In this document: piece by piece, positions 9,262 to 20,484 of the stretch | Layout of the letters: every line of letters starts with the position of its first letter | How positions within the stretch are numbered: position 1 is the stretch's first letter | Assembly (NCBI GenBank): GCA_964518215.1 | Contig: CAZFFP010000006.1 | Span: 13,704 to 77,703 of the forward strand | Length of the DNA: 64,000 nucleotides | Direction: 5' to 3' | Origin: an uncultured Chitinophagaceae bacterium | Lineage (GTDB): Bacteria; Bacteroidota; Bacteroidia; Chitinophagales; CAIOSU01 | The notes under the pieces: model-generated | What the model was told of the DNA's origin: nothing | Database searches by the model: none | The model's input: only the letters and a program-made list of their open reading frames with translations | Position numbers and translations under genes: made by a program

Positions 9262-10056
9262 TTGTTTAGTGACAAATCATTATTGTTTTTACAACTTCGC
9301 TTTCTGAAATATTTATATGTAGCATTCCTTCTGTTTTCTTTTCAAAACGTTTTTTCGCAAACCAAAACCCACCTTCACAATGCTCAGCCTTGGGGCGGCT
9401 ATATCTCCTCTACAAGAATACATTCCATATTATCGCTTTGGAACGATGCGCACTATGTTCCGGGTTCATTTTTTATTGGCAGGCATGGTTTGTCCGCACA
9501 TTTAAACGAACAAATAACAGCAACCGGAGGATATGCGTGGCTATTTTTATCGCCAAATTTTTCAAATAAACTTATAAGGCCAGAACACCGCCCTTGGGCA
9601 CAGTTGGTGTTTAATTTTTCGGTAGGGCAAAAATACCAGGTGCATCATCGGGTGAGGTATGATGCTCGTTTCCGGCAGAATATTGCAGATGAACAATTAG
9701 TATCGGGTTATGCATTTAACCATCGGCTTCGCTTCATGACCAGCATCAGAAGACCCCTGATAGGAAGTATATTGGGTAAGAAGATACCGTTCATTACGAT
9801 TGGAAATGAAGTATTAATCAATTTCGGGAAAAATATTTTCAATAACAATTTAGACCAGAATAGAACATGGGTTATGTTGGGTTATGAACTTGAAACAATA
9901 ACTTTTCAGTTTGGGTATATGTATCGTTATGTTCCTTTGGCAAAACAGTATTCATATCAACACTATCACGGCATTACACTTTGGGTGAGTCAGGTTTTTA
10001 TTACCAAAAAAAATCGCCAAAAATATTTAGAGGAATTGCTGCACAGAGAGCCCTAG
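9262..10056 (+). CDS. Putative outer-membrane protein (resembles DUF2490 family)
   Basis: 264 aa. Signal-like N-terminus ending FSQ, aromatic/Arg-rich beta-strand pattern (HHRVRYDARFRQ, NHRLRFMTS). TTG start only. The family call is from memory. Confidence 0.5.
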   Translation: MFSDKSLLFLQLRFLKYLYVAFLLFSFQNVFSQTKTHLHNAQPWGGYISSTRIHSILSLWNDAHYVPGSFFIGRHGLSAHLNEQITATGGYAWLFLSPNFSNKLIRPEHRPWAQLVFNFSVGQKYQVHHRVRYDARFRQNIADEQLVSGYAFNHRLRFMTSIRRPLIGSILGKKIPFITIGNEVLINFGKNIFNNNLDQNRTWVMLGYELETITFQFGYMYRYVPLAKQYSYQHYHGITLWVSQVFITKKNRQKYLEELLHREP

Positions 10057-10147
10057 AGAAAAAAAATAACTTGATTGTTGTATTCAAAGCAGTAGTTCGG
10101 CTATTTAAAATTCTTTTAAAACTACTTTTGCAAAAAAACTTTCTTAG

Positions 10148-11179
10148 TTGTATCAATTTTTTCTCCGACCATTATTTTTTTTGTTAGATGCCGAGCGGGC
10201 ACATTATTTCACACTCACATTGTTTCGGGTGCTGCTAAAAATTCCTTTTGCAAAAAATATTTGCCGAGCTTGGTTTTGTGTTAATAATGAAAAATTAAAA
10301 GTTAGCTTGTTCGGGTTGGAATTTCCCAATCCGGTAGGTTTAGCAGCGGGGTTCGACAAGAATGCTGTTTACATGCATGACCTTGCCTGCCTCGGTTTCG
10401 GGTTTATTGAAGTAGGCACAGTTACTCCTTTACCACAATCAGGCAATGAAAAACCAAGATTGTTTAGGTTGCCCAAAGATGCCGCCCTGATAAACCGCTT
10501 AGGCTTCAACAACGATGGTGTACAGGCAGTGGCAGAGCGCTTGAGACATCGTCCGAAAAACATCATTATCGGGGGCAATATTGGCAAGAACAAAAATACT
10601 CCGAATGAAAAAGCAGTAGATGATTATGAGATATGCTTCACCGCACTATTTGACGTGGTAGATTATTTTACGGTAAATGTAAGTTCACCCAATACACCCG
10701 GCTTGAGAGCCTTGCAAGACAAAGAACCCCTCCTTCATATTCTAAACCAATTGCAGAAACTCAATCTGCAAAAGCCAACACCCAAACCTATTTTACTAAA
10801 GATAGCTCCCGACCTAAATGAATCTCAATTGGATGATATTATTGATATTGTCAATCAAACGAAAATCAACGGCATAATAGCCACTAATACTACTATTTCG
10901 AGAGAAGGATTGAAAACGCCTCCTACAGTTTTAGAAACTTTGGGTATAGGTGGTTTAAGCGGAAAACCTTTGGCAGATAAATCAAATTATGTGATTGATT
11001 ATCTGAAACAAAAATCAGATGGGAGGTTTCCAATTGTAGGAGTTGGAGGAATTATGAATGCTGCTGACGCAAGAAAAAAAATGGCATCGGGCGCTACATT
11101 GATTCAGCTATATACAGGTTTTATTTATGCCGGCCCGACATTAGTGAAAGACATTTGCAAGGCTATTTTGAAACAATGA
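10148..11179 (+). CDS. pyrD: Dihydroorotate dehydrogenase (quinone), class 2
   Basis: 343 aa. Motifs [41 protein letters not shown] and GVGGI. The N-terminal hydrophobic helix is typical of class 2. TTG start. Confidence 0.93.
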   Translation: MYQFFLRPLFFLLDAERAHYFTLTLFRVLLKIPFAKNICRAWFCVNNEKLKVSLFGLEFPNPVGLAAGFDKNAVYMHDLACLGFGFIEVGTVTPLPQSGNEKPRLFRLPKDAALINRLGFNNDGVQAVAERLRHRPKNIIIGGNIGKNKNTPNEKAVDDYEICFTALFDVVDYFTVNVSSPNTPGLRALQDKEPLLHILNQLQKLNLQKPTPKPILLKIAPDLNESQLDDIIDIVNQTKINGIIATNTTISREGLKTPPTVLETLGIGGLSGKPLADKSNYVIDYLKQKSDGRFPIVGVGGIMNAADARKKMASGATLIQLYTGFIYAGPTLVKDICKAILKQ

Positions 11180-11301
11180 TGGCTTCAGCCTTTTGCCAAA
11201 TGTTGTGTATAGGGTTTTGTGATGTTTTTTGTATCGTAGCTTTTGTCGAATTGCATGTGTATAGATTTGCTTTTAGAGTTTGACAGGATAAGCTATCTAA
11301 G

Positions 11302-11334
11302 AAATAAAAAATGCCGACCATTTCGGGCCGGCAT
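11302..11334 (-). terminator. Rho-independent terminator after the cold-shock gene (possibly bidirectional with pyrD)
   Basis: Hairpin atgccgacc (11311-11319) / ggccggcat (11326-11334), 8 of 9 pairs. On the minus strand it is followed by tttttattt, and it lies 38 nt past the csp stop. Confidence 0.7.
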
Positions 11335-11371
11335 CGTGTGTTCTTGAGCATTTACTATGCTTCAATTCTAA

Positions 11372-11563
11372 TTACATTAAACGAACGTTTATTGCATTAG
11401 GTCCTTTTTTGCCTTGTTCAACTTCGAAGGAAACTTTGTCGCCTTCTTTTACATCTTGTTTCAAACCTGAAACATGAACAAAAACTTCTTTGCCTGATTC
11501 ATCGTCAACGATAAAACCAAAGCCTTTGGAGGTGTTGAAAAATTTAACTGTGCCTGTTTTCAT
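11372..11563 (-). CDS. Cold-shock protein (CspA family)
   Basis: 63 aa. RNP1 KGFGFI and RNP2 VFVHV motifs. Confidence 0.95.
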   Translation of the reverse strand: MKTGTVKFFNTSKGFGFIVDDESGKEVFVHVSGLKQDVKEGDKVSFEVEQGKKGPNAINVRLM

Positions 11564-11743
11564 TGGAAAAAAATTAAAGAATTATAAAATGAACCGTAAA
11601 GTTGCATATAAAAATTTAGTCCAAAGAATTTTTTTGAAATTTAATATTAGGGCCATGTAAAGTTTTAATAATCAGGCTGAAACTTAATGACATCAAGACC
11701 ACTGAATTTATTAATAAAGGGTTTTAAACCGAAATATGGGCTA

Positions 11744-12307
11744 TTAAACCTTCATGATATCTACTTCTTTGGCTTCTAACAGCTTTTCAATTTTGGCTAT
11801 ATAATCGTTGGTAAGGTTTTGCACTCGGGTTTCACCTTCTTTCACATCATCTTCCGGAAGTCCGTCTTTTTGCAAACTTTTAATGGCTTCGTTGGCATCG
11901 CGCCTGATGTTTCTGATAACAATTTTGGCAAGTTCTCCTTCGCTTTTTGATTTTTTTACCAAATCTTTTCTTCTTTCTTCGGTAAGCGGTGGCAGAATGA
12001 TACGGATGCTTTCGCCATCGTTCATAGGAGTAAGACCGATATTGGAAGCGAAAATCGCTTTTTCAATGGCTTCGAGCATTTTCTTTTCCCAGGGCTTAAT
12101 GCTGATGGTTTTGGCATCGGGTGTAGAAACCGTAGCGACATTAGCAATAGGAGAGGCAACTCCGTAATAGTCCACCGAAATGCCATCGAGCATTTGAGCG
12201 CTGGCTTTTCCTGCGCGAATTTTCACCAATTCATCTTCGAGATGGTGCAGCGCTTTACTCATGGATTCTTTGGCTTCATCAAGATATAACTGAACGTCAT
12301 CGCTCAT
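11744..12307 (-). CDS. frr: Ribosome recycling factor
   Basis: 187 aa, full-length RRF pattern (VDYYG...TPxxQ, LPPLTEERRKDLVK, RNIRRDAN). Confidence 0.95.
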   Translation of the reverse strand: MSDDVQLYLDEAKESMSKALHHLEDELVKIRAGKASAQMLDGISVDYYGVASPIANVATVSTPDAKTISIKPWEKKMLEAIEKAIFASNIGLTPMNDGESIRIILPPLTEERRKDLVKKSKSEGELAKIVIRNIRRDANEAIKSLQKDGLPEDDVKEGETRVQNLTNDYIAKIEKLLEAKEVDIMKV

Positions 12308-12321
12308 AATAAAGATATTTT

Positions 12322-13029
12322 TCAGTTTGAAACTAAGGTGCCTATGTTTTCGCCCTCCATCACCCGCATCAAATTGCCGGGTTTATTCATATCGAACACC
12401 AATATCGGAATGGAATTTTCTTCGCACAAGGTGAAGGCTGTTAAATCCATAATATTAAGTTTATTGGCGAGTGCATCCTTGAATGAAAGGGTATTGTATT
12501 TAACGGCATTCGGGTCTTTTTCAGGGTCGGCAGTATAAACGCCATCTACGCGGGTACCTTTCAAAATAACATCGGCTGCAATTTCGATAGCGCGCAACGA
12601 TGCTGCTGTGTCGGTAGTGAAATATGGATTGCCGGTGCCCGCTCCGAAAATTACAATACGGTTTTTTTCCAAATGCCTGATGGCTCTGCGCCTGATATAC
12701 GGCTCACAGATTTCTTCCATTTTAATAGCACTCATGAGGCGGGTATATAAGCCTGCTTTTTCCAAAGCGCTCTGCAATGCCATGCCGTTGATGACGGTTG
12801 CCAACATGCCCATATAATCGCCCTGGGCGCGGTCAATGCCGTTGTGTTCTGCCTGTAAGCCTCTGAAAATATTGCCTCCGCCAATCACGATGGCTATTTC
12901 CACCTTTTTCTCTGCAATTTCTCTAATGTCGTTTGCGTATTGTGAAACTATTTGCGAATCAATGCCGAATTGTTTGTTGCCCATGAGCGATTCGCCACTC
13001 AATTTTAGAAGAATGCGTTTATATTTCAT
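12322..13029 (-). CDS. pyrH: UMP kinase
   Basis: 235 aa. [35 protein letters not shown]. Confidence 0.95.
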   Translation of the reverse strand: MKYKRILLKLSGESLMGNKQFGIDSQIVSQYANDIREIAEKKVEIAIVIGGGNIFRGLQAEHNGIDRAQGDYMGMLATVINGMALQSALEKAGLYTRLMSAIKMEEICEPYIRRRAIRHLEKNRIVIFGAGTGNPYFTTDTAASLRAIEIAADVILKGTRVDGVYTADPEKDPNAVKYNTLSFKDALANKLNIMDLTAFTLCEENSIPILVFDMNKPGNLMRVMEGENIGTLVSN

Positions 13030-13073
13030 CGGGCGTGAAGATAAAAAAATTAAAGTTTTTTCTGCCGGTTCAT

Positions 13074-13457
13074 TTACTCACTAATAAATGATAAGTCTGC
13101 CGGTTTGAAATTTTTCGACTTCAAAACTTTACCGTCTTCGCGATACACGGGCTTACCGTTATCATCGAGTTTCGACATGTTGGAGCGATGCACTTCATCG
13201 AAAACTTCCTCAAACACCTCTTGCAAACCATGCGCCACCACCGTTCCGAAAAGCGTGTAGGCTATATCGGCTAATTCTTTAGCTACCTGTCTGAGGTCTT
13301 CTTCGGTAGCGGCCTTTTCATATTCTTTCACTTCTTCGTGCAGAATATTGGTTCGCAATTTCACTACTTCCGAAGGAATATCCCAGCGCGGCTGTTCTTC
13401 GGCATACACACCAAACGAGCGATGCCATTGGCGAACCATGTCTAATTGTTTTTTCAT
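13074..13457 (-). CDS. MazG-like nucleotide pyrophosphohydrolase family protein
   Basis: 127 aa. All-alpha MazG-type EExxE/ELAD pattern ([10 protein letters not shown] ... [13 protein letters not shown]). Confidence 0.65.
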   Translation of the reverse strand: MKKQLDMVRQWHRSFGVYAEEQPRWDIPSEVVKLRTNILHEEVKEYEKAATEEDLRQVAKELADIAYTLFGTVVAHGLQEVFEEVFDEVHRSNMSKLDDNGKPVYREDGKVLKSKNFKPADLSFISE

Positions 13458-13464
13458 GTTTATA

Positions 13465-14496
13465 TCAACTAGCAGTTATTGAAGTTGTCATTCGGCTGAT
13501 TTTCCTCGGCTCATATTTAGCAGCCAATGCTGCCATTACTTTGATATGCTCGGGAGTGGTGCCGCAGCATCCACCTAAAATATTTACCAATCCTTCTTTC
13601 AAAAACTCTTCTACCTGAGCGCCCATAATTTCCGGGGTTTCGTCATATTGTCCCATTTCGTTGGGCAAGCCCGCATTGGGATAAACGCTCACATAACAGG
13701 TTGCCTGTTGCGAAAGAATCTGCAAATATGGCCGCATGGCAGATGCGCCTAAGGCACAGTTTAATCCAATACTCAACAAAGGCGCGTGCATCACCGAAAT
13801 CAAAAACGCTTCGGTGGTTTGTCCGCTCAAAGTTCTTCCGCTGGCATCGGTAATGGTTCCCGAAATCATCACAGGTACTTCCATTTCAGGCTGCTCTTCA
13901 AACAATTCCATGATGGCATACAATGCAGCCTTGGCATTCAACGTGTCGAATACTGTTTCTACCAAAAGAATATCGGCTCCGCCTTCGAGCAAAGCCACGG
14001 ACTGCTCTCGATATGCTTTTACTAATTCATCGAAACTGATGCCGCGAAAACCCGGGTCGTTGACATCGGGGCTGATAGATGCCGTGCGGTTGGTGGGTCC
14101 CATCGCACCGGCTACAAAGCGAGGTTTGTCGGGATTTTTAGCCGTGTATTCATCACAAGCCTGTCGCGCAATTTTTGCGCTTTCGTAATTGATGTCATAC
14201 ACCAAATGCTCCAAACCGTAATCGGCTTGCGCAATGGTAGTGCCGCTGAAAGTGTTGGTTTCAACTATATCGCTGCCCGCTTCGAGATATTCTTTGTGAA
14301 TAGCAAGAATAATATCGGGGCGCGTAATGGAAAGTAAATCGTTGTTGCCTTTGAGCGATTTGGTATGTTGCTGCAATGATTCATTTCTGAAATCTTTTTC
14401 TTCAAGATTATAGCGTTGAATCATGGTTCCCATAGCACCATCCAGAACAAGAATGCGTTTTTCAAGAAGTTGTTGCAATTGTTGTTTTTTATTCAT
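13465..14496 (-). CDS. Homocysteine S-methyltransferase domain protein (stand-alone N-terminal module of MetH-type methionine synthase)
   Basis: Colinear with the MetH Hcy-binding domain: [31 protein letters not shown], and zinc-ligand cysteines in LNCALG and [11 protein letters not shown]. It ends after about 343 aa with no pterin or B12 modules. ATG at 14496 is preferred over the TTG at 14535. Confidence 0.85.
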   Translation of the reverse strand: MNKKQQLQQLLEKRILVLDGAMGTMIQRYNLEEKDFRNESLQQHTKSLKGNNDLLSITRPDIILAIHKEYLEAGSDIVETNTFSGTTIAQADYGLEHLVYDINYESAKIARQACDEYTAKNPDKPRFVAGAMGPTNRTASISPDVNDPGFRGISFDELVKAYREQSVALLEGGADILLVETVFDTLNAKAALYAIMELFEEQPEMEVPVMISGTITDASGRTLSGQTTEAFLISVMHAPLLSIGLNCALGASAMRPYLQILSQQATCYVSVYPNAGLPNEMGQYDETPEIMGAQVEEFLKEGLVNILGGCCGTTPEHIKVMAALAAKYEPRKISRMTTSITAS

Positions 14497-14554
14497 CGGA
14501 GCAAATACATTTTGTTTTGAAAAGAATACCAACAAGGAATTGAAAATTCCGTTC

Positions 14555-16420
14555 TCAATCGGCTTTAAATTTTACCATCCACTTTTCTTTGTTCTGCCAA
14601 TCGGGTTGTTCGGTTTTGTTGAACACAAAATTACCAATCACCAGATAATCCATTTCGGTGCTCATGAAGCAACGGTAGGCATCGTGAGGCGTGCAAACCA
14701 TCGGTTCGCCCCGAACATTGAAACTCGTATTCACCAGCAAGCCATAGCCGGTTTGTTGTTTAAATGCCTGAAGCAAATTCCAATAGCGCGGATTGGTTTC
14801 TTTATGAACCGTTTGAATGCGGGCAGAAAAATCGAGATGCGTAATAGAAGGAATATCGCTGCGCTGAAAATAGAGCCGGTCCCACAAAGGCAGTTTGTGA
14901 TAATTTTGAGGAAGCGACTTCCGTCTTTCGTTTTTTACCGGAGCTACCAAAAGCATGTAAGGCGAATCGGTTTCCAATTCAAAATAATCGCTCACTTCTT
15001 CGCTCAGCACCGATGGCGCAAAAGGGCGAAACCCTTCGCGGTATTTGATTTTGAGGTTGAGTTTTTTCTGCATGTCGGCATTGCGCGCATCGCCTAAAAT
15101 GCTGCGGTTGCCCAATGCTCTTGGACCAAATTCCATTCTGCCCTGAAACCAGCCTAACACATTTCCTTCGGCAATTTTTGAAGCCATTTCTTTGCAGAGA
15201 TATTCTTCGTTGGCGTATTGAATATAAACCGCTTTCACTTTGCGGCACATCAAATCAATTTCTTTATCTGAATATGAAGGACCGAGATAAGAGCCTGACA
15301 TGGAATCATGCTTGTGGCTCACCTTTCTTTCTTCATCAAAATACATGTGGCTTGCCGCTAATGCCGCACCGAGAGCGCCACCGGCATCGCCTGCAGCGGG
15401 TTGTATGTAAATGTTTTTGAAAATTCCTGCTTTCAAAAGTTTTCCGTTGGCAACACAGTTCAGCGCCACACCACCTGCCATGCAGAGGTTTTCTGCTCCT
15501 GTGAGCCTTTGCGCTTCGGTTGCCATCTTCAACACTATTTCTTCGGTTACCTGCTGAATGGCAAGCGCCATATTGCAATGGTGTTGCTGCAATTCTTCTT
15601 CGGCATCTCTCCTTTTGAATCCGAAAAGTTTTTCCCACTTATGGTCGTGCGCCATGCGCAACCCGGTGGCGTAATTGAAATAAGTTTGATTGAGCCATAT
15701 CGAACCATCGGGCTTAATGTCCACCAATTCTTTTTTAATCAACTCGACAAACTTTTCTGTTTCTTCCGAGCCGGGAATGCCATAAGGCGCTAAGCCCATC
15801 AGCTTGTATTCGCCCGAATTGACGGTGAAGCCCAGATAGTAAGTAAACGCGCTGTAGAGCAAACCCACCGAATGTGGGAAATTCAGTTCTTTCAGAATGC
15901 TGATGTTGCCTCTCTTGCCCAACCCGATAGAGGCGGTGCACCATTCGCCCACGCCATCAATGGTGAGTATGGCAGAGGTTTCATAAGGCGAAGGAAAAAA
16001 CGCGCTTGCGGCATGTGATAAATGATGTTCGGGAAACAGCAAGCGCACTTGTTTTTTGTTATAAGCGCCTACTTCTTTCAACCCATCGTAAATGAGTTTT
16101 TTCAAAAACATTTTTTCGTTGAGCCAAACGGGAATGGCTTTCAGAAAAGAAACCAATCCTTTGGGTGCAAAGGCATAATAGGTTTCCAACAATCGCTCGA
16201 ATTTGAGCAGGGGCTTATCGTAAAAAACTACGGCATCTAACTCGTCAATTTCAAGACCGGCTTCTTCCAAACAATATTTGATGGCATTTACCGGAAAATC
16301 GGGCGTATGTTTTTCACGGGTGAACCGCTCTTCCTGCGCAGCGGCAACTATTTTTCCGCCAATAGTTATGGCAGCGGCAGAGTCGTGATAGAAAGCAGAA
16401 ATGCCGAGTATTTTTTTCAT
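14555..16420 (-). CDS. Carbamoyltransferase (NodU/CmcH family)
   Basis: 621 aa. N-terminus [14 protein letters not shown], an ASKHA-like fold, and a C-terminal YrdC-like/Kae1-like region ([14 protein letters not shown]). Confidence 0.9.
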   Translation of the reverse strand: MKKILGISAFYHDSAAAITIGGKIVAAAQEERFTREKHTPDFPVNAIKYCLEEAGLEIDELDAVVFYDKPLLKFERLLETYYAFAPKGLVSFLKAIPVWLNEKMFLKKLIYDGLKEVGAYNKKQVRLLFPEHHLSHAASAFFPSPYETSAILTIDGVGEWCTASIGLGKRGNISILKELNFPHSVGLLYSAFTYYLGFTVNSGEYKLMGLAPYGIPGSEETEKFVELIKKELVDIKPDGSIWLNQTYFNYATGLRMAHDHKWEKLFGFKRRDAEEELQQHHCNMALAIQQVTEEIVLKMATEAQRLTGAENLCMAGGVALNCVANGKLLKAGIFKNIYIQPAAGDAGGALGAALAASHMYFDEERKVSHKHDSMSGSYLGPSYSDKEIDLMCRKVKAVYIQYANEEYLCKEMASKIAEGNVLGWFQGRMEFGPRALGNRSILGDARNADMQKKLNLKIKYREGFRPFAPSVLSEEVSDYFELETDSPYMLLVAPVKNERRKSLPQNYHKLPLWDRLYFQRSDIPSITHLDFSARIQTVHKETNPRYWNLLQAFKQQTGYGLLVNTSFNVRGEPMVCTPHDAYRCFMSTEMDYLVIGNFVFNKTEQPDWQNKEKWMVKFKAD

Positions 16421-16607
16421 CGGGGCAAAGCTACTTTTTTATCTGTTGCTCTTTGCCTGTGTAAGCATTTTATTTTGTTTGATAGCCTACTAATTTTGAG
16501 TCAATCTTAGAAGAATTATTCAGTTATATTCTGTGATTGGCAACAAGGTAAAGAACTTATTTTTTTGTTTCCACTCAGACAAATGCATAATGAAATCACA
16601 AACGATT

Positions 16608-17516
16608 TTAAACTTTACTTCCCGTGTTTTTGTAAAACACCGAGAGCAAATAAAAACAAATGGCGGTAGCCCCCAATGCCAACATAGGCGGTATGGAAGT
16701 TTCGGCTTCAATATCGACCCGAGTAACATTTTTCTGATACAGATACAGCACCACTACCTGCGCACCGTTATGAAACAAATGTGCCGCTACCGGATACCAG
16801 ATATTGCCCGACCAAACAAACAAATAGCCAAACAAAATTCCCAGAAACAATCGGGGTAAAAATCCATAAAACTGAAAATGAATAAAACTGAAAACTATGG
16901 CAGTCATGAACACTGCCAAATGCACATTGCGATACAATGATGTGAGTACCTGAAGCATAGCGCCTCTGAAGAAAAATTCTTCAGCTAAAGCAGGAATAAT
17001 TGCTACCATGATGAAGTTGAGCACAAACGATTGCCACGAATGCATTTGCAGCAGTGATTTTAAAACCGCCTCCTGTTTTTTTTCGCTTTCAAATAAAAAC
17101 TGCTCCAACTGCGAAAGGAAAGATGGCAATTGCATTTTTTGATTCAGTTCGAGCATCGAAAAAATAAATGGAGCTGCGCTGAGCACTATGAACAAACAAA
17201 GCAATATCAAAAAAACTGCGGGCATTCCCGTGGCTCCCAGATAGCCGGCAGGTTTGTCTCCGATAAAATATGCAAACATTATTGCCGGCACTAAAAAAGC
17301 TCCGAGCGACATAAAGATTTGCATCATTTTTAAAAACTTGGCGGGTAAACTACCCGAAAGCAGTTTTTCCGAAACGGCTTCTACACTCTCAAGTCCGTAA
17401 AAAGAAATTAATCCGGCAGCGAGCAACATGTTAACGGCTGTATAGCACAAAAACCACAATACAATCAAAAAGAAAAACTGAAAAAACGGGCTGCGTCCTG
17501 CTAAAAATCCTTTCAA
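16608..17516 (-). CDS. CPBP-family intramembrane glutamic endopeptidase (CAAX protease-like)
   Basis: 302 aa, polytopic. Motif 1 EEFFFRG, motif 2 FSFIHF, motif 3 HLFHN. TTG start only, so the start is uncertain. Confidence 0.8.
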   Translation of the reverse strand: MKGFLAGRSPFFQFFFLIVLWFLCYTAVNMLLAAGLISFYGLESVEAVSEKLLSGSLPAKFLKMMQIFMSLGAFLVPAIMFAYFIGDKPAGYLGATGMPAVFLILLCLFIVLSAAPFIFSMLELNQKMQLPSFLSQLEQFLFESEKKQEAVLKSLLQMHSWQSFVLNFIMVAIIPALAEEFFFRGAMLQVLTSLYRNVHLAVFMTAIVFSFIHFQFYGFLPRLFLGILFGYLFVWSGNIWYPVAAHLFHNGAQVVVLYLYQKNVTRVDIEAETSIPPMLALGATAICFYLLSVFYKNTGSKV

Positions 17517-17566
17517 AACTTTGCTTTTAAGTTTACAAAAATATATGGGTGTGGTTCAATATTTTT

Positions 17567-18748
17567 TCATTGCACTTTCTTCGCCATTTCACGATAGGTA
17601 TTCAAAACAAAATCTTTTAATTGAACACTGATGTTTTCTGTAGCGCTTTTCTTTTTCAGTATGGCTTCAGAAGTAATTTCCGAAATAATTTTTGAAGCAG
17701 ATGTTCTTAGATTTTCATCTTCTTCAATAAACCAACCTGCCTCTTGAAGCAACGCATGATTGTCGCTATCCATACTTCCGCAAAAAAAAACAGCAGCGCC
17801 CAACATTACCGCACTCACTGCTTTCGAGGGCACTGCAATATGTGTCCATTCTTTTCGGAGCGTAACCAAATGCACATCAATAAAATGCAACTGACTTCGG
17901 GGCACATTGTCGGTAATGATGATTCCGGATTTTCCTTCGGCATAAGATTTTACTTCGGCAGCCTTGTTGCCATACAATGCCAAAACCAAACGATGTTTGT
18001 CGGCATCAATACAGTCTATTACGGCTTTTATAAATTCAGGATTGTGCGGGTCGGCAACATTGCCGCAATAGCCAAAAAATATTTTACCGGGTTCCCACCA
18101 TGCGGGCTTTTCTTCAGATTTGTTTTGATAAAAAAATACCCCACAAGGAAGCGTTAAAAACGGAATTATTTTTTTGTATTGCACCTGCAAATGTTTTGCT
18201 TGTTGTGGTCCTAAAGCAATCAGAAATTGGGGCGCACGGCTATAAGTTTTCCGAATTACCCAACGGTAAAAAAGATTGTTTTTTTTTATGAAACCGGTAG
18301 CCTGAAATCCTTCGGGAAACAAATCGAAAGTCCATAAGCCCCAGCGAATATTTTTCCCGAAAAGCAGCGCGCACCAAAAAGGAAGCATGGGCGGGCTGGT
18401 GGAAGCGATAATCAGTGTGTCTTTATATTGTTTTGCTTTTCGTGCTAAAAGAAATCCGTCTAATAAAAAAGTGATGAAGCGCAATAGTGCATTACTGCCC
18501 TGATAAATGGTTTTTATTTTAATCACCTTTCCCGAAGGTTGCCTCCGCTGTCCGCCCCCTTCAAATTCGCGGTCAATACTTATAATGTTGCTTTCGATAC
18601 CAAAATTCTCTTCGAGATATTGCACCATATCGCAAATAGATTCGCCATTGATATTGGGGCTTGGAGGGTAATGGCGGGTGAGAAAAGTAATTTTGGCAGA
18701 CAAAATAAAATATGGTTTCGTTTTTGAAAATTGCTCAAAAATAAGCAC
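17567..18748 (-). CDS. Putative glycosyltransferase (GT4, WcaI/WbuB-like)
   Basis: 393 aa. ITFLTRHYPPSPNINGE and WTFDLFPEG resemble the N-terminal YYPPE and DLWPE blocks of WcaI-type enzymes. The C-terminal half is Rossmann-like. GTG start. The assignment is tentative. Confidence 0.5.
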   Translation of the reverse strand: MLIFEQFSKTKPYFILSAKITFLTRHYPPSPNINGESICDMVQYLEENFGIESNIISIDREFEGGGQRRQPSGKVIKIKTIYQGSNALLRFITFLLDGFLLARKAKQYKDTLIIASTSPPMLPFWCALLFGKNIRWGLWTFDLFPEGFQATGFIKKNNLFYRWVIRKTYSRAPQFLIALGPQQAKHLQVQYKKIIPFLTLPCGVFFYQNKSEEKPAWWEPGKIFFGYCGNVADPHNPEFIKAVIDCIDADKHRLVLALYGNKAAEVKSYAEGKSGIIITDNVPRSQLHFIDVHLVTLRKEWTHIAVPSKAVSAVMLGAAVFFCGSMDSDNHALLQEAGWFIEEDENLRTSASKIISEITSEAILKKKSATENISVQLKDFVLNTYREMAKKVQ

Positions 18749-19065
18749 ATCATCGGCTATTGCTTGCGCAACAACATTTTTTGTTGTTTCGCAGCATTTT
18801 TTTAGTTTACAGATGGTGGTGTAACCAAGAAAGTGGTTTTGTTTTTTTTCTTCTTCTAAAATCCTACTGTTGCAGAAGCCATTAAGAGCATCTTGTATAG
18901 TGCTTCAATTTGATTTTTTTTGCCTCGATGGTGTGTTTTTTCAATGTTGTAAATTGATGGGAAAATAGTCAATATCGGATATCATTTACTCGAAAAGTTG
19001 CATTTACAACTTGAATTTTAACACGGAAAATAATTGCTTGTAAAAACAGATGTTTTTTCGATTTC

Positions 19066-20484
19066 TCAGAACGTAAAATAAATAAACTCCTGTTTACTGT
19101 AATTGCCATAAAGAAACAATACCCAAAGCATGGCGGAATAAACGCTCCACCTGATGGCTATTGGTTTGCGCTCTAGTTGCAGCATTATGGCTTCGTTTCT
19201 TTCAATGAAATGAATGACTTGCATCGCAACAAGCAGCGCGATTAAAATAATCAGCCCCGAACCATCTTTCAGAATATTGATGAGGTCGAATGAAAATTGT
19301 TTGGGAAAAATATTTTGAATAATAAGAAAGGCATCATTAATGTTGTTGGCGCGAAAAAATATCCAAGCGAACAGCACTAATAAATAAGTGATGATAACAC
19401 TAATAACCGTTTGCAAATTATCTGTTGTTGTAAGTGGCTTTTCCCTAAGTGACCGAATTTTTTCGGAAGCTACCATATATAAACCATGCAGTCCGCCCCA
19501 TACCACAAATGTCCAATTGGCTCCATGCCATAATCCGCTGAGCAAGAAAGTAATCATGATGTTTCGATAATGGTGGTGCCGGTTGCCGCCAAAGGGAATA
19601 TATATGTAATCGCGAAACCACGTGGACAGCGAAATGTGCCACCTGCGCCAAAAATCAGCAATCGAAACCGCGAAATAAGGATGTCTGAAATTTTGCATCA
19701 ACTCCACTCCCATCACACGTGCACTGCCAATGGCAATATCTGAATAGCCCGAAAAATCATAGTAAATCTGAAAGCTGAAAAACACTAATGCCAATATCAC
19801 CGGCAACCCTTCATATTGTAAAGGATTGTTGAACACTTCATTAACATAAGACGAGAGATTATCTGCTACTGCTACTTTTTTAAACATGCCCCAGAAAATG
19901 AGTTTCAATCCGCGAGAAACATTTTGAGCGTTCAACGTTTGTGGTGCGCTCAACTGTGGCAACAGTCGGCTCGCCCGTTCAATAGGTCCTGCCACCAGCT
20001 GCGGAAAGTAAGTAACATACAAAGCAAAATATCCGAAATGCCGCTCGGCTTTTTTCTGCCCCCGATATACATCAATGGTATATGAGAGTGTTTGAAAAGT
20101 ATAAAATGAAATGCCTACCGGAAGCAACACATCTAAAAGCGATGGCTCAAAGGCAAAACCCATCCAACCGGAAATCGAAGACAACGAATCATTAAAGAAA
20201 TTGAAATACTTGAAGAAAAAAAGGATGCCCAGATTAGTGAGTAAACTCAATGCAAGTAATAGTTTTTTCTGCCGCTTACTCTTTGAGCGCTCTATGCCAA
20301 TTGCCGCCACATAATCAATACAAGTCGAAATAATGATGAGCAACACATACGACACCTTCCACCACATATAAAACACATAACTCGCCAACAGCAGCAAAAC
20401 CCAGCGATGCTTGTGGGGCAGTGCATAATACAGCATGATTACTATTGGAAAGAAAAGTAAAAATTCGAGCGAGTTGAAGAGCAT
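19066..20484 (-). CDS. MBOAT-family membrane O-acyltransferase (AlgI/DltB-like)
   Basis: 472 aa. N-terminus MLFNSLEFLLFFP, FWRRWHISLSTWFRDYIYIPFGGNR, and the conserved His in SGLWHGANW. Confidence 0.92.
   Translation of the reverse strand: MLFNSLEFLLFFPIVIMLYYALPHKHRWVLLLLASYVFYMWWKVSYVLLIIISTCIDYVAAIGIERSKSKRQKKLLLALSLLTNLGILFFFKYFNFFNDSLSSISGWMGFAFEPSLLDVLLPVGISFYTFQTLSYTIDVYRGQKKAERHFGYFALYVTYFPQLVAGPIERASRLLPQLSAPQTLNAQNVSRGLKLIFWGMFKKVAVADNLSSYVNEVFNNPLQYEGLPVILALVFFSFQIYYDFSGYSDIAIGSARVMGVELMQNFRHPYFAVSIADFWRRWHISLSTWFRDYIYIPFGGNRHHHYRNIMITFLLSGLWHGANWTFVVWGGLHGLYMVASEKIRSLREKPLTTTDNLQTVISVIITYLLVLFAWIFFRANNINDAFLIIQNIFPKQFSFDLINILKDGSGLIILIALLVAMQVIHFIERNEAIMLQLERKPIAIRWSVYSAMLWVLFLYGNYSKQEFIYFTF

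Noticed and set aside
11744-13029. pyrH-frr lying about 45 kb from rpsB-tsf on the opposite strand as a sign of rearrangement.
   Set aside because: The rpsB-tsf-pyrH-frr linkage is not universal. No mobile elements or junction scars flank either cluster.
14423-16240. Long antisense ORFs inside the carbamoyltransferase gene (14423-15097 +, 15115-15420 +, 15401-15793 +, 16022-16240 +, and minus-strand out-of-frame ORFs).
   Set aside because: They lie wholly within a well-supported 621-aa gene. Their translations are low-complexity, Arg/Phe/His-rich and without motifs, which is typical of shadow ORFs.
16426-16433. TAGCTTTG (minus strand), an exact -7 box match upstream of the carbamoyltransferase gene.
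   Set aside because: It ends only 6 nt from the ATG, which would imply a leaderless transcript starting at or inside the start codon. It is more likely a chance match.
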